Translations under genes and position numbers: made by a program
Notes under the pieces: generated by a model
The model's input: only the letters and a program-made list of their open reading frames with translations
What the model was told of the DNA's origin: nothing
Database searches by the model: none
Assembly (NCBI GenBank): GCA_029851085.1
Contig: CP100318.1
Location: forward strand, 30,001-62,000
DNA: 32,000 bases
Source of the DNA: Candidatus Saccharimonadota bacterium
Lineage (GTDB): Bacteria; Bacteroidota; Bacteroidia; Flavobacteriales; Blattabacteriaceae
Direction of reading: 5' to 3'
Shown here: in pieces, positions 19,510 to 26,780 of the stretch
How positions within the stretch are numbered: position 1 is the stretch's first letter
Layout of the letters: every line of letters starts with the position of its first letter

Positions 19510-21120
19510 ATGTTTAATATCAATGAATTAAAAGGTAAAAAACTATTTGAATTACAAAAATTGGCTAAGTCATTAAAATTAAAAAATTATACTCAGCTAA
19601 GGAAAAATGATTTATTACAAAGAATTATAGAAAACATAAAAAAAACAGAATCAAAAGAATTTACTAAAAAAACAGAATCAAAAGAATTTACTAAAAAAAC
19701 AGAATCAACAGAATTTACTAAAAAAACAGAATCAAAAGAATTTACTAAAAAAACAGAATCAACAGAATTTACTAAAAAAACAGAATTTACTAAATTTCCT
19801 CAAAAAACAGAATCAAAAGAATTTACTAAAAAAACAGAATCAACAGAATTTCCTCAAAAAACAGAATCAAAAGAATTTACTAAAAAAACAGAATTTACTA
19901 AATTTCCTCAAAAAACAGAATCAAAAGAATTTACTCAAAAAACAGAATCAAAAGAATTTCCTAATAGGAAAAATAATTCAGAAATATATACTCGTTATAA
20001 TAATAGAAAATATAATGTAATTAGTGAAGGAGTATTGGAAATTATGGAAAATAATTATGGGTTTTCTAGGTCTTCTGATTATAATTATCTTGCATCACCA
20101 GATGATGTTTATGTTTCTCAATCTAAAATTAGATTATTTGGTCTAAAAACCGGTGATACAATAAAAGGAGAAGTACGTCCACCTAGAGAGGGAGAAAAAT
20201 ATTTACCTATAATAAGGATTATAGAAATTAATGGAAGGCCGCCTTCTTCTATTAAAGATAGAGCTTCTTTTGAACATTTAACTCCTTTATTTCCTAATGA
20301 AAAATTAAAATTAGCTGAAAAAAATGCTACATTATCAACACGAATAATAGATTTATTCACTCCTATAGGAAAAGGACAACGTGGTATGATTGTAGCTCCT
20401 CCAAAAACTGGAAAAACTACTTTATTAAAAGAAATAGCAAATGCTATTGCTGCAAATCATCCTGAAGTATACCTAATTATATTACTTATAGATGAACGTC
20501 CTGAGGAAGTTACTGATATGCAACGTAGTGTTAAAGCTGAAGTTATTGCTTCAACTTTCGATGAACCAGCTGAAAGACATGTTAAAGTAGTTAATATAGT
20601 TTCAGAAAAAGGAAAAAGAATGGTAGAATGTGGTCATGATGTATGTATTTTAGCAGATTCTATAACTCGTATGTCTCGTGCATTTAATACTGTTGCTCCA
20701 GCATCTGGAAAAATTCTTTCAGGAGGTATAGATGCAAATGCTTTACATAAGCCTAAAAGATTTTTTGGGGCAGCTAGAAATATAGAAAATGGTGGTTCTT
20801 TAACTATTATTGCAACAGCTTTGATAGATACTGGATCTAAAATGGATGATGTAATATTTGAAGAATTTAAAGGTACTGGAAATATGGAACTACAGTTAGA
20901 TAGAAGAATATGTAATAGAAGAATTTATCCTGCTATAGATTTAGTTTCTTCTAGTACTAGAAAGGATGATCTTTTGCTTGATGCTAATACATTGCAAAGA
21001 ATGTGGATTTTGCGAAAACATCTTTCTGATATGAATTCTACAGAGGCAATGGAATTTTTAATATCTCGTATTATTAGAACTAATAATAATATAGAATTTT
21101 TAAATTCTATGAATAGTTAA
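19510..21120 (+). CDS. rho: Transcription termination factor Rho with a repeat-built N-terminal insertion
   Basis: 536 aa. Features are the Rho_N helix bundle ([35 protein letters not shown]), the OB/CSD RNA-binding domain ([16 protein letters not shown]...), Walker [11 protein letters not shown] and an ATPase core running through ...RRIYPAIDL. Confidence 0.96.
   Translation: MFNINELKGKKLFELQKLAKSLKLKNYTQLRKNDLLQRIIENIKKTESKEFTKKTESKEFTKKTESTEFTKKTESKEFTKKTESTEFTKKTEFTKFPQKTESKEFTKKTESTEFPQKTESKEFTKKTEFTKFPQKTESKEFTQKTESKEFPNRKNNSEIYTRYNNRKYNVISEGVLEIMENNYGFSRSSDYNYLASPDDVYVSQSKIRLFGLKTGDTIKGEVRPPREGEKYLPIIRIIEINGRPPSSIKDRASFEHLTPLFPNEKLKLAEKNATLSTRIIDLFTPIGKGQRGMIVAPPKTGKTTLLKEIANAIAANHPEVYLIILLIDERPEEVTDMQRSVKAEVIASTFDEPAERHVKVVNIVSEKGKRMVECGHDVCILADSITRMSRAFNTVAPASGKILSGGIDANALHKPKRFFGAARNIENGGSLTIIATALIDTGSKMDDVIFEEFKGTGNMELQLDRRICNRRIYPAIDLVSSSTRKDDLLLDANTLQRMWILRKHLSDMNSTEAMEFLISRIIRTNNNIEFLNSMNS
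19639..19962 (+). repeat. About 12 tandem copies of a 27-bp / 9-aa unit (consensus KKTESKEFT) inside rho
   Basis: aaaaaaacagaatcaaaagaatttact is iterated with variants ([31 protein letters not shown]). It sits between the Rho_N helix bundle and the OB fold. Confidence 0.95.
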
Positions 21121-21514
21121 ACTTAAATGCTTTTTTAATTTTATTTGAAATAAATAAAAATGTATCCTTTGATAAGGATTTTCTTCTTAAAGAAAAATCT
21201 AAATCACTTTCTTTATCCATAGGTATTAAATGTATATGCGCATGAGGTATTTTAAATCCCATTACAACTAAACCTACACGTTGACATGATATTGTTTTTT
21301 CTATGCTTAAAGCTACCTTTCTAACAAAAATCATTAATTTTGAAAACTCTTTTTCTTCTAATTTAAATAAATTATTTATTTCTTTTTTAGGAATAACTAA
21401 AGTATGTCCTATTTTTAGAGGATAAATATCCAAAAATGCTAAATGATTTTTATCTTCAGCTACTTCATAAGCAGGAATATTTTTATTAATTATTTGTGTA
21501 AATAATGAAGACAT
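21107..21514 (-). CDS. HIT-family (histidine triad) nucleotide hydrolase/transferase
   Basis: 135 aa with the histidine triad HAHIHLIP and N-terminal [28 protein letters not shown]. Confidence 0.88.
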   Translation of the reverse strand: MSSLFTQIINKNIPAYEVAEDKNHLAFLDIYPLKIGHTLVIPKKEINNLFKLEEKEFSKLMIFVRKVALSIEKTISCQRVGLVVMGFKIPHAHIHLIPMDKESDLDFSLRRKSLSKDTFLFISNKIKKAFKFNYS

Positions 21515-21516
21515 TA

Positions 21517-21981
21517 TTAACTTATTTCTAATATTTCATAATCTATAATAGTATTATTAGGTAATTTTATATGAGCTATTTCACCAACTTTTTTTCCTAA
21601 TAAACCTAAAGAAATAGGAGTATTTATAGATATTTTACCAATTTGAAGATTTGATTCTTCTTCAGGTACCAAAGTATATATATGTTCACTACCATATTTT
21701 ATATTTTTTATTTTTACAGTAGATAATATAAAAACTTTTGAATTAGATAATTTAGAACTATCTATTATACGTACAGTAGATAACTTTTCTTTTAATTTTC
21801 TAATATGTATTTCTAAAAAAAATTGTGCTTCTTTTGCAGCATGGTATTCAGCATTTTCTGATAAATCTCCTTTATCACGTGCTTCAGCTATTTGTGAAGA
21901 TATACGTCTACGTTCGATATTTTCTAAATGTTCTAACTTTTTACGTAATTTATTTAATCCTTCTTTAGTAAGATATGTCAT
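21517..21981 (-). CDS. greA: Transcription elongation factor GreA
   Basis: 154 aa. LTKEGLNKLRKKLEHLE...ARDKGDLSENAEYHAAKEAQ is the coiled-coil acidic tip, followed by the C-terminal FKBP-like domain. Confidence 0.92.
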   Translation of the reverse strand: MTYLTKEGLNKLRKKLEHLENIERRRISSQIAEARDKGDLSENAEYHAAKEAQFFLEIHIRKLKEKLSTVRIIDSSKLSNSKVFILSTVKIKNIKYGSEHIYTLVPEEESNLQIGKISINTPISLGLLGKKVGEIAHIKLPNNTIIDYEILEIS

Positions 21982-22042
21982 AATTTAATATTGAACATAA
22001 ATAACAGAATTAATATATACAATATTTTTTTTATATTTATAA

Positions 22043-22056
22043 ATATATATATATAT
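22043..22056. repeat. (AT)7 microsatellite in the greA / rpsT divergent intergenic region
   Basis: Read directly as atatatatatatat. Confidence 0.85.
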
Positions 22057-22082
22057 TAAATATTTAAATAATTTTATAACAT

Positions 22083-22328
22083 ATGGCAAATAACAAATCA
22101 TCTATGAAAAGAATACGCCAGAATAAAATGATACGATTGCGTAAAAAATATTATCATAAGTCTACACGTACAGCCATCAAAAAATTTAAAGTAGGTAAAA
22201 ATGTTAAGTATTCTACTATTGTATCAATGTTAGATAAATTATCTAAAAAAAATATTATACATAAAAATAAAGCTGCTAGATTAAAAAGTAAATTAGCCAA
22301 AATGATGGCCCATTCGTCTATTGGTTAG
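22083..22328 (+). CDS. rpsT: 30S ribosomal protein S20 (3' end and stop codon lie inside tRNA-Glu)
   Basis: 81 aa. MANNKSSMKRIRQNK...KNIIHKNKAARLKSKLAK is S20-like. There is no stop until TAG at 22326-22328, 20 nt into the tRNA. Confidence 0.88.
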   Translation: MANNKSSMKRIRQNKMIRLRKKYYHKSTRTAIKKFKVGKNVKYSTIVSMLDKLSKKNIIHKNKAARLKSKLAKMMAHSSIG

Positions 22329-22378
22329 GACATCAGATTTTCATTCTGAAAAGAGGGGTTCGATTCCCCTATGGGCTA
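22307..22378 (+). tRNA. tRNA-Glu (anticodon UUC)
   Basis: Cloverleaf: acceptor GGCCCAT/ATGGGCT (G1-U72 wobble), D arm GTCT-ATTGGTTA-GGAC, anticodon arm TCAGA-TTTTCAT-TCTGA and T arm AGGGG-TTCGATT-CCCCT. CCA is not encoded. Confidence 0.88.
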
Positions 22379-22403
22379 CATATATTGAAATTATTGATTG
22401 TAT

Positions 22404-23708
22404 TTATTTTTTTCTAAAATGAATTCCTATAGGAATTCCTTTGAATTTAAAAAAATAACGTATTTTATTTTCTATAAATTTTTTGTATGAATATTTAATA
22501 TAATTAGGAAAATTAGTAAAAAAAACAAATTGGGGAGTATATGTTGGTAATTGAGTACAATATTTGATTGTAATAAATTTTCCTTTAACAGAAGGTGGAG
22601 GTGTATTTTTTATTAAAGGTAATAAAGTTTGATTTAAAACACTAGTTTTAATTTTTAATTTTCTATTTTCATATAATTGTATAGCATATTCCATCATTGG
22701 AAGTATACCTTTTTTATTTATTGAAGAAATAAAAAAAATAGGAACATCTTTGAAGTGTTTAATTTTATTTAAAATTAAATTTTTATATAATTTATTTGTA
22801 TCATTTTTTTTTTCAATTAAATCCCATTTATTAATTAATATTAATATTCCTTTATTATTATTAATAATAATATTTAATATATTAGTATCTTGAGATTCCC
22901 ATCCTCTAGTAGCATCAATCATCAATAAACAAACATCAGCATTTTCAATAGATTTAATAGTTCGTATTACTGCATAAAATTCTAAATTATTATATAATTT
23001 AGATTTTTTACGAATTCCAGCAGTATCTATAAGTATACATTTAAATCCAAATAGATTATAATATATATCTATAGGATCTCTAGTAGTTCCTGGAATATTA
23101 GTAACAATATTACGATTTTCCATAAGTAATGTATTAATAAGTGTAGATTTACCTACATTTGGACGACCTACTATAGCTATTTTAGGTAAATTTTCATTTT
23201 TTTTATATTGTATTTCTTTAGGAAAAGTTTTTAATAATTCATCTAAAAGATCTCCTGTTCCACTACCATTTATAGATGAAATTGAATAATATTTATCAAA
23301 TCCTAATTTATAAAAATCTGTATTATTATATATATTTTTAATACTATCAATTTTATTAACTGCTAAAATAATTGGTTTATGTTCTTTTCTAAGAATTTTT
23401 GCTATTTCAATATCAATATCTATTAATCCTGTGGTAACATCTACCATAAAAATAATTGAATTAGCTTCTTTTATAGCAAAAAATATTTGTTTACGCATTT
23501 CTTCTTCAATTATATTGTTATTTTTTAATGTATATCCTCCTGTATCAATAACAGAAAATTTTATACCATTCCAATAAGATTCTCCGTAATGTCTATCTCT
23601 AGTTACACCACTGACTCTATCAACAATAGCTTTACGATGTCCTAACAGACGATTAAATAATGTTGATTTTCCAACATTAGGACGTCCTACAATAGCAGCT
23701 ATATTCAT
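22404..23708 (-). CDS. der: Ribosome-associated GTPase Der (EngA)
   Basis: 434 aa with two tandem GTPase domains, each carrying GRPNVGKSTL, plus a C-terminal KH-like domain. Confidence 0.95.
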   Translation of the reverse strand: MNIAAIVGRPNVGKSTLFNRLLGHRKAIVDRVSGVTRDRHYGESYWNGIKFSVIDTGGYTLKNNNIIEEEMRKQIFFAIKEANSIIFMVDVTTGLIDIDIEIAKILRKEHKPIILAVNKIDSIKNIYNNTDFYKLGFDKYYSISSINGSGTGDLLDELLKTFPKEIQYKKNENLPKIAIVGRPNVGKSTLINTLLMENRNIVTNIPGTTRDPIDIYYNLFGFKCILIDTAGIRKKSKLYNNLEFYAVIRTIKSIENADVCLLMIDATRGWESQDTNILNIIINNNKGILILINKWDLIEKKNDTNKLYKNLILNKIKHFKDVPIFFISSINKKGILPMMEYAIQLYENRKLKIKTSVLNQTLLPLIKNTPPPSVKGKFITIKYCTQLPTYTPQFVFFTNFPNYIKYSYKKFIENKIRYFFKFKGIPIGIHFRKK

Positions 23709-23728
23709 AATTTTGTTATAATTAAAAT

Positions 23729-25231
23729 TTAATTTATTTTTTTAAAAGCTTTTCCTAAATTATCTGCTATATCTCCTGCTATTAATCCTTCTAAACTTGT
23801 ATATTGTACAACAATATCTGCAGATAATCCATGTAAATATACTCCTAAAATACAAGCTTCTTTGTGTAAATATCCTTGAGATAATAAACTTAAAATTACT
23901 CCTGTAAGAACATCTCCACTACCAGCAGTAGCCATTCCTGGATTTCCTGTACTATTAAAATAAAGTGTACCATTAGGAGTAACTGTAATAGTATATGCTC
24001 CTTTTAAGATAATATAAAATCCATTTTTATGAGCAAAATTTTTTAACATTTCTAATTTAGAATAATCATTTTTCCAATCACCAACTAAACGATTAAATTC
24101 TTTAGGATGTGGAGTTAAAATAGTATTTTTTGGTACATTTGATATTAATGTAGGATTTTCAGAAAGTATATTAATGGCATCAGCATCTATAACTAATGGA
24201 GTTTTTATTTTTAATAAATAATCTTTTAAAAGATTAACATTTTCTAATTTTTTGCCTAATCCAGTACCTATTGCTATTGCATTGGCAATATTAGGATTTG
24301 GAAAATTTTCCCAATTATTATTTAATATAATAGCTTCAGGAATTGCAATTTGTATTATTTTATGTCCAAATAAAGGTGTATGTATACTTAATTTACCAAT
24401 ACCACTCCGTAAAGATCCTTTTGCACTTAATATAACAGATCCTATCATTCCATAATCACCACCTATTAGAAGACCATGTCCAAAAGTGCCTTTATGTGAA
24501 AATTTTTTACGTTTTTTATAAATTGATTTTATTAAAAAATAATCTACGTAATAATTTGTAGTTTTAAATTTTAAAAAAATATTTTCTAAATATTTTTTAG
24601 GTAAAAATTCTAATACATGCCATCTACCTACATATTTATATAATTCTGGTAATAAAAATGCTAATTTAGGTGCGTAAAAACTAAGTGTATGATTAGCTTT
24701 AATAATTCCTTTATAATTTTGTATTGGTTTTTCTGCAAAAAGACCCGATGGCATATCTATAGATATAATATTATCTATATTTTGATTTATATATTCAATT
24801 AAATTTTCCCAATATCCTTTTATTGGTTTATTAATACCAATTCCAAAAAGTGAATCAATAAGTATGTTATTTTTTTTAATTGAAAAATATGTATCTCCTT
24901 CATATAAATCATTAATTACTACATTCATTTCCTTAAGTCGATTCAAATTTAAATAAAATTCTTGTGAATAAGAGTTTGTAATATTAGCTATGTATATTTT
25001 TACTTTTGCTTTAATATTTATAAGCATTCTTCCTATAGCTAAACCATCACCTCCATTATTACCTTTTCCCGATAATATTATAAATTGTTTTTCTTTTATA
25101 TTAAAATTTGAATTTATCCAATTAAAACAAGCTGTTGCAGCTTTTTCCATTAAATTAATAGGAGTAATTGGTAGATTTTTTATTATATAATCATCTATAT
25201 TTTTAATATTTTCTGAAGAAAATATATTCAT
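23729..25231 (-). CDS. nnr: Bifunctional NAD(P)H-hydrate repair enzyme Nnr (epimerase + ADP-dependent dehydratase)
   Basis: 500 aa with the YjeF_N motif SGKGNNGGDGLAIGR and the C-terminal carbohydrate-kinase motif TAGSGDVLTGVI. Confidence 0.85.
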   Translation of the reverse strand: MNIFSSENIKNIDDYIIKNLPITPINLMEKAATACFNWINSNFNIKEKQFIILSGKGNNGGDGLAIGRMLINIKAKVKIYIANITNSYSQEFYLNLNRLKEMNVVINDLYEGDTYFSIKKNNILIDSLFGIGINKPIKGYWENLIEYINQNIDNIISIDMPSGLFAEKPIQNYKGIIKANHTLSFYAPKLAFLLPELYKYVGRWHVLEFLPKKYLENIFLKFKTTNYYVDYFLIKSIYKKRKKFSHKGTFGHGLLIGGDYGMIGSVILSAKGSLRSGIGKLSIHTPLFGHKIIQIAIPEAIILNNNWENFPNPNIANAIAIGTGLGKKLENVNLLKDYLLKIKTPLVIDADAINILSENPTLISNVPKNTILTPHPKEFNRLVGDWKNDYSKLEMLKNFAHKNGFYIILKGAYTITVTPNGTLYFNSTGNPGMATAGSGDVLTGVILSLLSQGYLHKEACILGVYLHGLSADIVVQYTSLEGLIAGDIADNLGKAFKKIN

Positions 25232-25298
25232 ACTATTTATTGTTAAAAAATAATAGCAAAAATATAATATTATATTAAATTTATATAAATTTAATTAT

Positions 25299-26369
25299 AT
25301 GAATTATTCAATTAATTCTGAATCAGAATTTTTTTTAAAAAAATATTTGAATACAGCTTCACCTAGTGGTTATGAAATTAATAGTCAACAATTATGGAAA
25401 AAATATATTAATCCTTATGTTGATAATATTAATGTAGATATTTATGGAACTGTTGTCGGTATAATTAATCCTAATAAAAATTATAAAATATTAATTGAAG
25501 CTCATGCTGATGAAATTTCTTGGTATGTTAATTATATAACAGATAATGGATTTATTTATGTTATTCGTAATGGAGGATCAGACCCTCAAATAGCTCCTTC
25601 TAAACGTGTATATATACATACTAAAAAAGGTTTAGTTAATGGTATTTTTGGATGGCCTGCTATTCATACAAGAAAATCTTTAGAAGAAAAATCACCTAAG
25701 GTAAATAATTTATTTATAGATATAGGTGCATCTAATAAAAAAGAAGTTGAAGATTTAGGAGTTCATATAGGTTGTATAATATCTTATGTAGATGAATGTT
25801 TTATATTAAATAATAAATATTATGTATCTCGTGCTTTAGATAATAAAATTGGTGGGTTTATAATAGCTGAAGTAATTAAATTAATAAAATTAAATAATGT
25901 AAAATTACCATTTTCTTTATATGTTGTTAATGCAGTTCAAGAAGAAGTTGGATTAAGAGGTGCTAAAATGATAACTAATGTAATTAAACCTAATTTGGCT
26001 ATAGTTACTGACGTAGCTCATGATACTTTTATTCCTATGGTTGAAAATGAAGTAGATATAAAATGTGGATTAGGTCCAATAATAAATTATGCACCTTCAG
26101 TACATAATTTTTTACGTGAATTTATATTAAATTTAGCTATAGAAAATAAAATATCTTTTCAACGTTTGGCATCTCAAATTACTGGAACTGATAATGATGT
26201 TATTGCTTATTCTAATGGTGGTGTAATTTCTAGTTTAATATCAATACCATTGCGTTATATGCATACTACAGTTGAAATGGTTTCTAAAAAAGATGTTGAA
26301 GAAACAATAAAACTTATTTATACTATTATTTTAAATATAAATCCAAATCAAAATTGGAATTATTTTTAA
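25299..26369 (+). CDS. M42-family metallo-aminopeptidase (glutamyl aminopeptidase / FrvX-like)
   Basis: 356 aa with SPSGYE, EAHADEI, SRALDNKIG and VQEEVGLRGA, typical of M42. Confidence 0.8.
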   Translation: MNYSINSESEFFLKKYLNTASPSGYEINSQQLWKKYINPYVDNINVDIYGTVVGIINPNKNYKILIEAHADEISWYVNYITDNGFIYVIRNGGSDPQIAPSKRVYIHTKKGLVNGIFGWPAIHTRKSLEEKSPKVNNLFIDIGASNKKEVEDLGVHIGCIISYVDECFILNNKYYVSRALDNKIGGFIIAEVIKLIKLNNVKLPFSLYVVNAVQEEVGLRGAKMITNVIKPNLAIVTDVAHDTFIPMVENEVDIKCGLGPIINYAPSVHNFLREFILNLAIENKISFQRLASQITGTDNDVIAYSNGGVISSLISIPLRYMHTTVEMVSKKDVEETIKLIYTIILNINPNQNWNYF

Positions 26370-26709
26370 TAATTAAGTTTTTTTCTATATTTTCTATATA
26401 TTCAAATGAATCATCTAATTTAAAATAGATATTAGGAAATTTTCTAAATTGATGTCTTAATTGTTTAGCTAAAATATTTTTATAAATAGATGATGAATTA
26501 CATATTTGTTTAAATAATAAATTTTTATTTTCATTTGAAATAGAATATATGCTAATATATATTTTTGCTAAACTACTATCTGGTGATAAGATTACTTTAG
26601 TAACACTAATAATAAATTCTTTTTTATAATTATTTTCTATATTAATAAATAATTCAGAAATTTTTTTACGTATTAATGAAGCTGCTCTTTTTAGTTTGTT
26701 ATTTATCAT
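26326..26709 (-). CDS. rbfA: Ribosome-binding factor A
   Basis: 127 aa. N-terminal KRAASLIRKKISELF and ITKVILSPDSSLAKIYIS are RbfA-like. Its 3' end overlaps the convergent M42 gene by 44 bp. Confidence 0.72.
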   Translation of the reverse strand: MINNKLKRAASLIRKKISELFINIENNYKKEFIISVTKVILSPDSSLAKIYISIYSISNENKNLLFKQICNSSSIYKNILAKQLRHQFRKFPNIYFKLDDSFEYIENIEKNLIIKNNSNFDLDLYLK

Positions 26710-26780
26710 AATAAAGTTAAAATATTAAAAAAATGAGTATTTCAAATCACGTTACAAATATTGTATGTTGGAATAAATGA

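Larger units (their letters stand above)
18746..19516. repeat. Tandem array of about 9 copies of an 86-bp unit filling the whole prfA-rho divergent intergenic region
   Basis: Unit: taaattaatttaataattattatattaaagaatatttttaactaaaactgttttaaaaaacaggtttttaatatcaatgtttacaa. Unit starts are 18746, 18832, 18918, 19004, 19090, 19176, 19262, 19348 and 19434. I found no mismatch between copies by eye. The array abuts the prfA start codon on the left and runs 7 nt into the rho CDS on the right. Confidence 0.97.

Noticed and set aside
18746-19516. Could the 86-bp array be a CRISPR array or a mobile element/MITE cluster?
   Set aside because: The units are directly contiguous with no unique spacers. There are no cas genes, terminal inverted repeats or transposase nearby. 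The unit boundaries coincide with the two start codons, which fits amplification of the native intergenic spacer.
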